DNA from: an uncultured Acidobacteriota bacterium
GTDB lineage: Bacteria; Acidobacteriota; Thermoanaerobaculia; UBA5066; DATFVB01
Direction: 5' to 3'
DNA: 64,000 bases
Assembly (NCBI GenBank): GCA_963813155.1
Contig: CAWEYG010000001.1
Span: 480,001 to 544,000 of the forward strand
Below the pieces are notes generated by a model. The model saw only the letters and a list, made by a program, of their open reading frames with translations, searched no databases and was not told the DNA's origin. Below, in pieces: positions 1-9,939 of the stretch; positions within the stretch are counted from its first letter, which is position 1, and every line of letters starts with the position of its first letter. Both the position numbers and the translations under genes were made by a program.

Positions 1-513
1 CTTCCGAAAGTTTCGCGCGTCGAGATCCGTGTAGCGGACGATCCCGTTCGCGAGCGTGACTCGTATCCGAAAGGCCTCGCGGCCGCGGATCTTTTCCTTT
101 CCCTCGACTTCGAGGCGGATGCCCCTCTCCTTCCAGCGCAGGAGCGGCCCGTCCATGTCGGCCTGCTCGGGCAGGTTCCGGGCCTGTTCGGCCGACATCT
201 CGGCCGGTTTGCCTCCGCGCGAGGGGTCGATCATCCATCCCGTCGTGCCGTCGAACCCCTGGACGAACGTTCCCGCCGAGAAGCCGACCTCCGTCCGGAT
301 CTTTCCCGGCCGTTTGAGCTCGACGACGAGCGGGACGGCGGCTTCCGACCCGAAAGAAATGCGCCCGGTCATCCGCTCGGTTCGAACAGCCCCGAGCTTC
401 CCCGCTCCGCCGAGCGCGTCGACCCCTTTCCGGGCGATCTCGCCGATGCTCAATCCTCGCGCCGGGAGACCTCGGAGGACGAACGCAATCAGCACCAGCC
501 GTGAAAACTTCAT
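1..513 (-). CDS. Secreted outer-membrane lipoprotein-sorting (LolA-like) family protein, 3' end outside window
   Basis: Manual translation from ATG at 513: MKFSRLVLIAF...DALGGAGKL...KRPGKIRTE...QGFDG..GW...ADMDGPL...EGKEKIRGREAFRIRV; shares motifs with 8322..9422. Confidence 0.6.
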   Translation of the reverse strand, partial: MKFSRLVLIAFVLRGLPARGLSIGEIARKGVDALGGAGKLGAVRTERMTGRISFGSEAAVPLVVELKRPGKIRTEVGFSAGTFVQGFDGTTGWMIDPSRGGKPAEMSAEQARNLPEQADMDGPLLRWKERGIRLEVEGKEKIRGREAFRIRVTLANGIVRYTDLDARNFRK

Positions 514-604
514 TCTTCTCTCTCCTCGCGCATTTCCTTGAACCGGGAGAATAACCCGCCCGGCGTCTTCCGATATCATCCTGGCGCAGCGGGAGGCCGC
601 ATCG

Positions 605-1051
605 ATGGCGCTGATGGACCTGGGCACGACCAACCTGATGGAGACGGCGGCGAAGATGGGTCTCGCCTACGCGCTCGCTCTTCCGATCGGCTGGCAGAGG
701 GAAAGCGAGCACCGCAGCGCCGGGATCCGGACGTTTCCGATCGTCGCGATGGCGAGCTGCGGCTACCTGCTGATCGCCGTCCAGGGCGGCGGCGGCACGG
801 GCGACCTGCGGGCACTGCAGGGGTTGATGACGGGCATCGGGTTTGTCGGGGGCGGCGCGATCCTGCGGGAAGGCATGACGGTGCACGGCACCGCGACCGC
901 CGCGAGCGTCTGGAACACGGGCGCGATCGGCGCCGCGGTCGCGTTCGGGCGGCTCGACATCGCGGTCGTCCTCTGCGTCCTCAATTTCCTCACGCTGCGA
1001 TACCTTCTGCCGGTCAAGGTCCGGCTCGACCGCGAAAAGGGTCCGGAGTAG
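605..1051 (+). CDS. MgtC/SapB family membrane protein
   Basis: IGWQRE..HRSAGIRTF and TGIGFVGGGAIL...GTATAASVW motifs. Confidence 0.9.
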   Translation: MALMDLGTTNLMETAAKMGLAYALALPIGWQRESEHRSAGIRTFPIVAMASCGYLLIAVQGGGGTGDLRALQGLMTGIGFVGGGAILREGMTVHGTATAASVWNTGAIGAAVAFGRLDIAVVLCVLNFLTLRYLLPVKVRLDREKGPE

Positions 1052-1059
1052 TTCGCCGG

Positions 1060-1169
1060 GCGGGTGGCGCGGGGCGAGACCCCCTTTTGCCGCTCGCGAC
1101 GCAGGTGTAGCAAAGTCATTAGGCTCGCGGCGAGCGGAAAAGCGGGGCGAGTCCCGCGACAGGACCCGC
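1060..1169 (-). repeat. Structured intergenic repeat, copy A (core hairpin only)
   Basis: Reverse complement GCGGGTCCTGTCGCGGGACTCGCCCC..TTTTCCGCTCGC...GCGAGCGGCAAAAGGGGG..GCCCCGCGCCACCCGC matches copies near 7987, 10081 and 29739. Confidence 0.85.
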
Positions 1170-1207
1170 CCCGGCCCCGTCCGGCCAGCGCACCCGGGTG
1201 CCCCGGG

Positions 1208-2236
1208 CTACCGAGCCTCGAGCTTCTCGAGGAGCTCTGGCGACCAGAGCGCGAGTTTCTTCCCGGACTTCGAGTTGAGCTCCGCCGCGTCCCGGTCGTA
1301 GGCAGCGAGCAGCTTTCGCGGGTCCGCCATGCACGCAATGAGCGCCGCGCGCCCTTCGCGCCTCTCGACGACGACGGCCATCTCGTACCCGACCGTGTAC
1401 CACGGGCCCTGCTCCCCGAAGAACTTTATTCCGGCCGCGTCGATTTTTTCGCGCGAGTCGAGCTTCCCGTCCAGCGCGCCGAGAAAAAACGCCTCGAGCG
1501 CTTTCAGGTCGCGGTTGAAATTCGCCATGTCGCGGTCCCACCGCTCGCGGTCCTTCGCCGGGCTGGCCGCGTGGGGATGCATGTCCGGCGAGCCCGCCGC
1601 CGCGAGCATCGCGAACCCCTCGCCAAACGCGCCCAGCCACTCCCTCGCCGCCGCGAGGCGCGGCGGGCCGGACGCCGCTTTTTCGCCTTCCGTCACGCTC
1701 GCAAACCCGATGTGGTGGAGCTCGTGCGCGACCGTGTTCTCGAACTTCGCCGGCGCAACGGCGGGATCGAGGAAGAGAAAGATCGCCGGGTTCGTCGCGG
1801 TCTCGACGACGAAGCTGTTGCTCTTCGGCTTGATCACGGGGTAAACCGCGGCCCGAATCACCGCCTGGTCGGGCAGGTAGGCGAGCGCGCGCCGCGCCGC
1901 CGCGTTCAGGTCTGCCGCCTTCCACTTCGACAACGCCGACTCCAGCTCCGCCCGTCTCCGCGCGAGGTCCTCCGACAGGACGTATTTCTTGAAATCGTCG
2001 TCCGAAAAGCCGGCGTGAAACGATTCCTCCCGCCTTTTCAGCCGGACGTACGGCTCGCACTCGAAGAGACGTCGCCAGGAAGCGTCGGACACGGGCTTTC
2101 CGGCGGACCTTTCGTCGAGGATCGCGAGCACCGAGTCGGCCTCGCTCGTGTCGAGCCTCAGCGCAACGCGGTCGGCGGCCGGCGCCGCTGCCGAAACGCC
2201 GGCCGCGGCGAGGAACGAAAGAGCGAACATCTTCAT
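1208..2236 (-). CDS. Secreted putative Zn-dependent protease (DUF5700-like)
   Basis: Signal peptide MKMFALSFLAAAG; AHELHHIG (HExxH), EGFAMLAA, QGPWYTVG. Confidence 0.75.
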   Translation of the reverse strand: MKMFALSFLAAAGVSAAAPAADRVALRLDTSEADSVLAILDERSAGKPVSDASWRRLFECEPYVRLKRREESFHAGFSDDDFKKYVLSEDLARRRAELESALSKWKAADLNAAARRALAYLPDQAVIRAAVYPVIKPKSNSFVVETATNPAIFLFLDPAVAPAKFENTVAHELHHIGFASVTEGEKAASGPPRLAAAREWLGAFGEGFAMLAAAGSPDMHPHAASPAKDRERWDRDMANFNRDLKALEAFFLGALDGKLDSREKIDAAGIKFFGEQGPWYTVGYEMAVVVERREGRAALIACMADPRKLLAAYDRDAAELNSKSGKKLALWSPELLEKLEAR

Positions 2237-2313
2237 CTGAGGGAACCCTCCGGAAGGGAGACGCTCCCCCGGCGGCAGGGTTTCGCCGCCGGGGGGTCCG
2301 CCCCGCGGGAGAC

Positions 2314-2922
2314 CTACTTTTTCCGCGTGTAGACGATCTCGAGGTCCTTGAACATCTTTCCGTCGGGCCCCCCCATCCACATCTCGTAGCGCATGTGATC
2401 GCCGTCGATCATCGACATCCGGCCTTTCATGGGAGTCGGCTTGCCCGTCATGAAGTCGTCCATGTTCCCCGTCTCGGTCAGCGACCCGTCCGCGTCCCAT
2501 CCTCCGGTCATGACGAGCATGCCGGTGCCGAACGTGTCCATCCATACCGTCTGCGTCGTCTTCTTCGCGTTGTCGTATCCGGAGACCCCGAAGCCGTTGA
2601 ACGGCTGCCCCATCATCGAGCCGGAGAAAGACTGCGTCAGGTAGCGCCCGCCGAGGATCATCTTGAACTCCGCCGTGGCCATCGATTCCGACGCGGGCGC
2701 GCCGGGCGCCATCCACTGGCTCACCTTCGCCGTCCAGGATCCTTCGTTTCCAGCCATCTTCTTGTGGGCGTCGCCGGGCGTCGCGTACTTCGCCCAGGCC
2801 TCCATCATCGCTTTGTCGTCGCCGGACGCCGGGGCGGCGGGCTTCTTGTCGTCGGCCGCCGAAAAGCGCGCGAAGGACGCGCAGAGAGCCAGACCCAGGA
2901 CCGTGAGAAATCGTCGGTTCAT
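2314..2922 (-). CDS. DUF1579 domain secreted protein
   Basis: Signal peptide; ATPGDAHKK..G.W, ILGGRYL, GYDNAKK..VWMDTFGTG. Confidence 0.85.
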   Translation of the reverse strand: MNRRFLTVLGLALCASFARFSAADDKKPAAPASGDDKAMMEAWAKYATPGDAHKKMAGNEGSWTAKVSQWMAPGAPASESMATAEFKMILGGRYLTQSFSGSMMGQPFNGFGVSGYDNAKKTTQTVWMDTFGTGMLVMTGGWDADGSLTETGNMDDFMTGKPTPMKGRMSMIDGDHMRYEMWMGGPDGKMFKDLEIVYTRKK

Positions 2923-3088
2923 GAACTCCGTTCCTTTCTCGCCGAAGGCGAAAGAGAGATTTTGCGCGAAGTCTGCCCGATCGGCACGAGACAAATCAAG
3001 CCTTTCGCGCTCCCTGGAACGCGGGCCGGCCGCCGTCATAGAATGGCGGGCTTGACCGGACACCCGACACGATGAAAGGAGCCTCCTC

Positions 3089-5286
3089 ATGTCCAGCCGC
3101 CGGTCCGCCCTGGCCGCCTGCTTTCTTCTCCTGGTTCCGGCCTTGAGCTTCGCCACCGAATCTTCCGCGCCGGCGACGGCGGCAGCCGGGAACCCGCTGC
3201 TCGCGAAATGGACCGGCCCCTACGGCGGCGTCCCGCCGTTCGACAAGGTCAAGGTCGCCGACTTCAAGCCCGCGCTCGAGGCGGCGATGGCCGAGAACCT
3301 GGCCGAGATCGACGCGATCGCGAACAACCCGGCGACGCCGAACTTCGAGAACACGATCGCCGCCCTCGAGCGCGCCGGAAAGCCGTTCGAGCGCGTCTCG
3401 ACGATCTACGGCATCTTCCGCTCGACGATGAGCTCGGACGACTTCCAGACGGTCGAGCGGAGATGGCGCCGAAGCTCGCGGCCTTCGACGACCAGATCGT
3501 CCAGAACGAGAAGCTCTTCGCGCGCATCAGCGCGGTCTACGACGCCCGCGAATCGAGCGGGCTCACGCCCGAGCAGAAGCGGCTCGTCTGGCTCGACTAC
3601 ACGCAGCTTCGTCCGCGCCGGCGCGAAGCTCGAGCGGCGCGGCGAAGAAGCGCGTGGCGGAGATCAACCAGCGCCTCGCGACGCTCTTCACGAAGTTCAG
3701 CCAGAACGTGCTCGCCGACGAGAAAGACTACGTCGCTCTTCCTCGACAGGGAGGCCGACCTCGCCGGCCTGCCCGAGTCCGTCGCGGGCCGGCGCGGCCG
3801 CCGCCGCCGAGACGCGCGGGCACAAGGGCAAGTGGGCGATCCTGAACACGCGCTCCAGCATGGAGCCGTTCCTGACGTACTCCGACCGCCGCGACCTGCG
3901 CGAGAAGGTCTGGCGGACCTTCTACAACCGCGGCGACAACGGCGACGCGCACGACAACAACACGATCATCACGGAGATCCTGAAGCTGCGCGCCGAGCGG
4001 GCCAAGCTGCTCGGCTACGCGACCCACGCCCACTGGCGGCTCGAGAACAGCATGGCGAAGACGCCCGAGCGCGCGATGGAGCTGATGGAGGCGGTCTGGA
4101 AGCCCGCGGTCGCGCGCGTCCACGAGGAGGTCGCCGACATGCAGGCGATCGCCGACGCAGCGGCGCGAAGGCGGCGCGAAGATCACGATCGAGCCCTGGG
4201 ACTACCGCTACTACGCCGAGAAGGTCCGCAAGGCGAAGTACGACCTCGACCAGAACGAGGTCAAGCCGTACCTGCAGCTCGAGAAGCTGCGCGAGGCGAT
4301 GTTCTGGGTCGCGGGCGAGCTCTTCGGGCTTCGCAGTTCACGCCCGTCGACAGACGTGCCGGTCGTACCACCCGGACGTGCGCGTCTGGGAGGTGACCGA
4401 CGCCGCCGGCAAGCACGTCGGCCTCTGGTACTTCGACCCGTACGCGCGGCCCGGCAAGCAGCTCGGGCGCCTGGATGAACGCCTACCGCGCCCAGGAGCG
4501 CTTCGACGGCGAGGTCACGACGATCGTCTCCAACAACGCGAACTTCGTGAAGGGCAAGCCGGGCGAGCCGGTCCTGATCAGCTGGGACGACGCCGACGAC
4601 GCTGTTCCACGAGTTCGGCCACGCGCTGCACGGCCTCCTGTCCGACGTGACCTACCCGTCGCTGTCGGGCACGACGGTCGCGCGCGACTACGTGGAGTTC
4701 CCGTCGCAGCTCCTCGAGCACTGGCTCGCGACGCCCGAGGTGCTGAACCGCTTCGCGCTGCAACGTACCAGACGGGCAAGCCGATCCCGAAGGAGCTCGT
4801 GGAGAAGATCGAGAAGGCGTCGACGTTCAACCAGGGCTTCGCGACCGTCGAGTACCTGTCGACGGCGCTCGTCGACATGAAGCTGCACCTCGCCGGCGAC
4901 GCCGACAAGACGATCGACCCGCACGCGTTCGAGCGCGAGACGCTCGCCGCGCTCGGCATGCCGACGGAGATCGTCGATGCGCCACCGCACGCCGCAGTTC
5001 GCGCACATCTTCTCGAGCGACGGCTACTCGGCCGGCTACTACAGCTACCTCTGGGCCGACACGCTGTCCGCCGACGCCTTCGAGGCGTTCACCGAGGCCG
5101 GCGGCCCCTACGACAAGGCCGTCGCGCAAGCGGCTGCGCGAGAACGTCTTCTCCGTCGGCAACACGGTCGACCCGGCCGACGCTTACCGCGCGTTCCGCG
5201 GGCGCGACCCGGGAATCGCCGCGCTGATGCGCAAGCGCGGGTTTCCGGTGCCCGCAGCCGCGCCGGCCTCGGGCGGGGCTCCCTAG
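3089..5286 (+). CDS. dcp: M3 family metallopeptidase (peptidyl-dipeptidase Dcp-like), many frameshifts
   Basis: Fragments across frames: [66 protein letters not shown]. Confidence 0.85.
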
Positions 5287-5290
5287 AAGA

Positions 5291-5800
5291 CTACCGGCCG
5301 CTAGCGAAGAGGCGGACCTCCTCGGGATCGTTCGGAAGGCGGATCCGGCGCTCGAAGCGCAGCCCGAGCTTCTCGAGCACCTTCACGGAGCGCTCGTTGT
5401 CGAGCGACGTGATCGCGAGAATGCGCGAGAAGCCCAGGACGTCCCGGCCATAGGCCACCGCCGCGGCCGCGGATTCGTACGCGAAACCTTTGCCCCGGAA
5501 GGCGGGGAGAAACGCGAACCCGACGTCGACGTCGTCGAGAGTGTCTCTCTTGAGCAGCCCGCAGATTCCCGCCGGCTTTCCGCTCTCCTTTACCTCCACG
5601 AGACACAGGCCGATGCCGAGGCGCTCGTACATGTCCATCGGGCCCTTCCGGATGTAAGCCTGTGCTTCCTCGGTCGTTCGCACGCCGCGGTCGCCGATGA
5701 ATCGCAGCCAGTCGGGGTCGTTCAGGAGCTCGAGGATGAACTCCGCGTCGTCCGGCGTCAGCCGGCGAAGGATGAGTCGATCCGTTTCGAGGCGCCGCAT
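5291..5800 (-). CDS. GNAT family N-acetyltransferase (RimJ/RimL-like)
   Basis: [27 protein letters not shown]. Confidence 0.9.
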   Translation of the reverse strand: MRRLETDRLILRRLTPDDAEFILELLNDPDWLRFIGDRGVRTTEEAQAYIRKGPMDMYERLGIGLCLVEVKESGKPAGICGLLKRDTLDDVDVGFAFLPAFRGKGFAYESAAAAVAYGRDVLGFSRILAITSLDNERSVKVLEKLGLRFERRIRLPNDPEEVRLFASGR

Positions 5801-5846
5801 GGGAAGCGTCCCGACTCTATCCGAGGACCCGTGCGAAAATCCCCCC

Positions 5847-6341
5847 ATGGCGAACGAAGCGAATAAACCGAATGAACCGATGGAAGTCTTGCTCGACGAG
5901 CTCGAAGCGATGCCGTCCCTGCTCGAACGTCGGGCGGCGGAGTGTCCGCCCGAAGCGCTCCGGCGAAAACCCGCCGAAGGGGAATTCTCGTTTCTCGAGA
6001 ACGTGTGGCACCTCGCCGACCTGGAGCGCGAAGGGTTCGGAACGAGGATCCGGCGCCTCCGCAGCGAGGAAGGGCCCCGGCTTCCCGACTTCGACGGCGC
6101 GGGCACCGCGCGGGCGCGGGACTACAACCGACTCGACCTCGCGCGGGGGCTCGCGGCCTTCGCCGAGTCCCGGAGGGAGAACCTCGCCGCCCTCCGGAGC
6201 CTCGGCCCGGCCGACTGGGACCGGGCCGGCTCGCAGGAGGGCGTGGGCCCGATTCGGCTGCGCGACGTGCCTCACATGATGCGAGAGCACGACGCCTCCC
6301 ACCGTAAGGAGATCGAGGAGCTGTTCTCTACGATTCGATGA
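5847..6341 (+). CDS. DinB family protein
   Basis: FSFLENVWHLADLE and C-terminal EHDASH. Confidence 0.85.
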   Translation: MANEANKPNEPMEVLLDELEAMPSLLERRAAECPPEALRRKPAEGEFSFLENVWHLADLEREGFGTRIRRLRSEEGPRLPDFDGAGTARARDYNRLDLARGLAAFAESRRENLAALRSLGPADWDRAGSQEGVGPIRLRDVPHMMREHDASHRKEIEELFSTIR

Positions 6342-6747
6342 CCGACAGGAAGTTCCCCGCCGGGTCCTTGAACCAGGCGATCTTCATGCCGTGGCCCCGG
6401 GCGATTCCCTTCTCGTCGGTCTTCATCTCGCCGTCCCGGTAGACCTCGAAGCGAGCGCCCCGTTTTGTGAGCTCCGCGACGGTCTCGTCGATATCGCCGA
6501 TCGGAAAATTGAGGATCGTGAACGTCGCGGGAACGTGGTTTCCCTTCGGGTACACGAAGACCGGCGAGCAGCCGGAAATGTTCAATTCCAGCCCCTCTTT
6601 CTTTTCGACGACGTCCAGCCCGAGCGTCTCGTGGTAGAACTTCGCCGCCTTCTTCAGGTCGTTGACGGAGAAGCTGGAAAACGCCCGCGTGTTCTTGAAC
6701 ATTTCGGTTTTCGTTTCGACTTCCTGTTCGGCTGTGGCCTTCATCAT
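6328..6747 (-). CDS. VOC/glyoxalase family protein
   Basis: FSVNDL..A..FY...LGL; IAWFKDPAGN. Confidence 0.9.
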   Translation of the reverse strand: MMKATAEQEVETKTEMFKNTRAFSSFSVNDLKKAAKFYHETLGLDVVEKKEGLELNISGCSPVFVYPKGNHVPATFTILNFPIGDIDETVAELTKRGARFEVYRDGEMKTDEKGIARGHGMKIAWFKDPAGNFLSVIES

Positions 6748-6759
6748 TCCTCCGTGATT

Positions 6760-7116
6760 TCAATCCGTTTCGAGCGTGCCCGTGAGCGGGTACCACTCCT
6801 TCTGGTTCGACGCGATGCCGAAGCATTTCTGCGTCTCGAAATTCAGTGCGACCGTCAGCGTGTAGCCGGAGTCCGACAAATACGACACGAGATGCGCGGC
6901 GGGTGCGATCTCGAAAGAGGCGTACCTCGCGCCGGCGGCGTCCCCGCCTTTCTCGCTCTTCGCGTCTTTTTTCGAGACATCTCGCCACACCACCCGGCCG
7001 TCCGGGCGAAACGTGTGCTCGTAAGTCGTTCCGGCGGTTGGACCTTCATCGAACCTCCAGCGGAGCGTCATCCCCGCGAGAGACTTCGAAACCTCCAGCT
7101 CGGCGGTTGCTCGCAT
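6760..7116 (-). CDS. Hypothetical protein (MoaF-like N-terminal fold)
   Basis: WRFDEGPTAGTTYEHTF, LVSYLSDSGYTLTV, GIASNQKEW. Confidence 0.55.
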   Translation of the reverse strand: MRATAELEVSKSLAGMTLRWRFDEGPTAGTTYEHTFRPDGRVVWRDVSKKDAKSEKGGDAAGARYASFEIAPAAHLVSYLSDSGYTLTVALNFETQKCFGIASNQKEWYPLTGTLETD

Positions 7117-7149
7117 GATTTCACCTCCCTCTCGAGAGGCGTGCAAGAC

Positions 7150-7237
7150 TCGTTCCGGATCGGAGGGCGACGCGTTGCTTCGCTGCGCTCGATTCGCGGC
7201 TACAGCCCGTAGCGGCGCTCCCGGGACGAGCGAATAC
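7150..7237. repeat. Degenerate REP-like element ending in the terminal motif of the structured repeat family (copy F)
   Basis: GCGCTCCCGGGACGAGCGAA (7215-7234) resembles GCGCTCTCGGGCCGAGCGA ends of copies B and C; internal GCTAC..GTAGC hairpin. Confidence 0.45.
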
Positions 7238-7915
7238 TCATTCCCGGAGCCCGGGAGCAGGTTCGGTGCAGCCGCGGCCGCCCACGAGACTCGCTTCGTC
7301 CCCGACCGCGATCTCCCCGCCTTCCAGCACGAAACAGTTCAAGGCGAGCTGTCCGCCGAACCGGCGATAGATGTCGCGCGTGATCGAAGCGTCCTGCGCG
7401 AGCGTGTCGGGGTCGAACGACGTCATGATGCACCGCAGACGCAGGTCCTGAACGCCGATCCGGACGCTTCCGATTCGAAGGCACCGTCCCGGCCACTCGC
7501 GCTCGGCGAGGCCGTCGACGCCCCCGATCACGATGTTGGGCCTCAGGCGGCGCCCGTCCTGCCCGAACGCGGCGATCGCGCCGTCCGTCGCGACGAGCAG
7601 CGGCAGCACGTCGAACCGCTCCGCGCCCTCGAACCGCACGAGCGTCGAGCCTTTCCCCGCGATCTTCGCGACGTCGGCGGCGACCGGCGCGCTCTTCCAG
7701 GGCCGTCCGTCGACGAGCGGCTCCCCGCCGGGCCCGAGCGTCCCTCGGTGGCCCAGGAAAAGCGGATGCGTGCGCGACGTGATCACACGACCCAGGGCAT
7801 CTTCCACGTGGACGATACGGTCACCCTCGATGCCCAGCGCCCCGACTCGCGCGCGGTCGAGCCGCTCTCCCGCCATCGTCTTGACGGGGTATCGCCAGAT
7901 CTCGGTGACCTTCAT
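7238..7915 (-). CDS. MOSC domain protein
   Basis: IWRYPVK..GE, GDR, RLRPNIVI, RCIMT..DPDT. Confidence 0.9.
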   Translation of the reverse strand: MKVTEIWRYPVKTMAGERLDRARVGALGIEGDRIVHVEDALGRVITSRTHPLFLGHRGTLGPGGEPLVDGRPWKSAPVAADVAKIAGKGSTLVRFEGAERFDVLPLLVATDGAIAAFGQDGRRLRPNIVIGGVDGLAEREWPGRCLRIGSVRIGVQDLRLRCIMTSFDPDTLAQDASITRDIYRRFGGQLALNCFVLEGGEIAVGDEASLVGGRGCTEPAPGLRE

Positions 7916-7939
7916 GCGCCGGCAATCGTACCCGGAACA

Positions 7940-8321
7940 GGGCTTCGCTCGGCCCGCTCGGTCCAGCCCCAGCGCCGGCTCGGCAAGCGGGTCCTGTCGC
8001 GGGACTCGCCCCACTTTTCCGCTCGCTGCGTTCTAAGGCCTTTGCGACGACTCCGGCCGCGAGCGGCAAAAGGGGTCTGCCCCGCGCCACCCGCCCTTCT
8101 AGCCCGGCGCTTCAACCTCGCTCAGCTCCTCTGGCGAAGGGAGTGGCCAGGATGGAGCGGTGCGAGGCGGTCTGCGCCGAAAGGTGGTTCGAGCTGGAGG
8201 CGCAACTGGAAGGCTCCTGTTCCCTCAGCGAGCGAGGCCGAGCGAATCCCGAAGGCGCGAGCCTCTTCGAGGGAGGCGCCGAAGACCCGCGGGGTCTTGC
8301 GCTCTCGGGCCGAGCGAGCCC
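7940..8321 (+). repeat. Structured intergenic element with terminal inverted repeats, copy B (MITE/REPIN-like or ncRNA)
   Basis: Starts GGGCTTCGCTCGGCCCG, ends CGGGCCGAGCGAGCCC; conserved core hairpin and 3' arm GGAGGCrCCGAAGAC shared with other copies. Confidence 0.8.
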
Positions 8322-9422
8322 CTACTTCCCCAGCTCCTTCAGCGCCTCGGCGGCCCGCTTGTTCTTCGGGTCGAGCGCGACGGCGCGCTCGAAGGCGGCG
8401 CGGGCTTCCGCGGGCTTGCCGGACGTCTTCAGCGCGCGCCCGAGCCCGAACGCCGCGCCGGAAGACTTCGGATACGCGGCCGCGTTCGCTTCGAGAAGCG
8501 CGACGGCGGAAACGGAGTCGCCCATCTTCAGCATCTGGTAGCCGATCGCCTGGATGCCGGCGTCCGTATCGACCTCCGGATAGGCCCGCCGAAATCCACG
8601 GTAGCTCCACATCACGGCCTCCCGGTCGGCGCGCTCCGCGAAGAGCTTCTCGAGAAGGGTCTGCAGCGCCGTTCGCGAAAAGTTCGGCGGAGAGAACACG
8701 GAGGGATCCAGTTTCTCGTTTACCGTGATCGAGCCCCATTTCATCTCGTTCAGGACCCGGCCGCTCGCAATCTCGACTTCGCGGGAAGAGAACGCGAAGA
8801 GCACTCCCTCGACCGGCCGATAGTCGAAGAAACGCTCCTCCGACGCGACGGAATTTCCAAACGCGTGGATCGGCGCGACTTTTCGCTCCGCGATCAGCAG
8901 CCAGCTCTCCGAATCGATCAGCTCGTCCTGCTCGAACCCGTCCATCATCCGGACGCGAAGCCGGTAAGCGTCGCGGTCGCCGACTTTTTCCCTGCCGATC
9001 AGCGTCACGGACGAGCCCTTTTGCTCGAAATCCGCGAGCGGGCCGTCGATCTCCAGGCCGTGCCTCGACGCCGCGGACGCCGCGCCGACGGTGCGCATCA
9101 CGATTCCGGGGTCGCCGTAGAACTCCCACGCGCTGCCGTCATAGCCTTCCGCGAATTCCGGGTCCGGCTTCGCCGGGTCGCCGACGAGCTTGTAGAACGG
9201 ACGCATGATCGCCATCGTGGCGTTCCCATTGACTTCGCTTCCTTCCCGGTATTCCCCGCGGTAGACAGCCGTTCGAAGATTGCGAAGCCTCTCCGCTCCC
9301 CCGCGCGCATCCACGTACCGGTCGACGATCCCCTTCGCCGTGGGGGTCGCGGCGCCGGCCGCGCGAACCGAAAGACACAGACCCAGAGCGCATCCGAATG
9401 CTCGAATGGACATGAATTTCAC
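8322..9422 (-). CDS. Secreted LolA-like lipoprotein-sorting domain protein with C-terminal TPR
   Basis: Signal peptide; YVDARGG.ERL, EGYDG..W, IDGPL; TPR helices GYQMLK..AVALLE.N..AYP.S..A.FGLG.A...AR.AFERAV.LDP. Confidence 0.75.
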   Translation of the reverse strand: MKFMSIRAFGCALGLCLSVRAAGAATPTAKGIVDRYVDARGGAERLRNLRTAVYRGEYREGSEVNGNATMAIMRPFYKLVGDPAKPDPEFAEGYDGSAWEFYGDPGIVMRTVGAASAASRHGLEIDGPLADFEQKGSSVTLIGREKVGDRDAYRLRVRMMDGFEQDELIDSESWLLIAERKVAPIHAFGNSVASEERFFDYRPVEGVLFAFSSREVEIASGRVLNEMKWGSITVNEKLDPSVFSPPNFSRTALQTLLEKLFAERADREAVMWSYRGFRRAYPEVDTDAGIQAIGYQMLKMGDSVSAVALLEANAAAYPKSSGAAFGLGRALKTSGKPAEARAAFERAVALDPKNKRAAEALKELGK

Positions 9423-9440
9423 CGCCTTTGCTGTCCGTAG

Positions 9441-9467
9441 GACGGAGGTGACCAGGGAAAGGTTACG
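9441..9467 (-). promoter_or_regulatory. Putative ECF sigma promoter
   Basis: Minus strand CGTAAC-N17-CGTC just upstream of 9422; same pattern as 35894..35920. Confidence 0.5.
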
Positions 9468-9487
9468 GCGCGAGCCGTTCGCGCTTT

Positions 9488-9504
9488 CTTAAGGAGATGT
9501 TAAG
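9488..9504 (+). promoter_or_regulatory. Putative OmpR/PhoB-family tandem binding site
   Basis: CTTAAG-N5-GTTAAG (11-bp period), AT-rich in a high-GC context, between divergent genes. Confidence 0.45.
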
Positions 9505-9549
9505 CGGCGGCCCTCCCGGGCGAGTTTCGGGAGATGCTAGCCGTTACGA

Positions 9550-9933
9550 ATGAGACCCTTCTCCCGGAAAACGGTGCTCCTCCTCGTCGCCCTGCTGTGC
9601 GGCCCGCGTGTGCGCGCGGGCCTTCGCCGCGCCGAAGCGGCTCCCGCCGCGCAGGCGGGCGTTCGCCACGTGACCGTCGCCGGCTACATCGGCGACTCGA
9701 TGTGCGGGCTGCATCACGGCAAGTCGGTGGTGTCCCCCGCCCAGGAGCGGGAATGCACGATCCAGTGCGTCTCCGACGGCAGCAAGTTCATCCTGGCGGA
9801 CCGGGCCAACCGCAAGGTCTACCAGCTGGAGGACCAGTTGGCGCCGCGGCGCTTCGCGGGAAAGAAGGTGCGGGTCACCGGAGAGATCGAAGAGGACGGC
9901 CTTCACGTGGAGACGATCGAACCCGCGGAATAG
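9550..9933 (+). CDS. Small secreted Cys/His protein (DUF5818-like)
   Basis: Signal peptide; GYIGDSMCGLHH...CTIQCV..GSKFIL...FAGKKVRVTG. Confidence 0.7.
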   Translation: MRPFSRKTVLLLVALLCGPRVRAGLRRAEAAPAAQAGVRHVTVAGYIGDSMCGLHHGKSVVSPAQERECTIQCVSDGSKFILADRANRKVYQLEDQLAPRRFAGKKVRVTGEIEEDGLHVETIEPAE

Positions 9934-9939
9934 ATTCCC

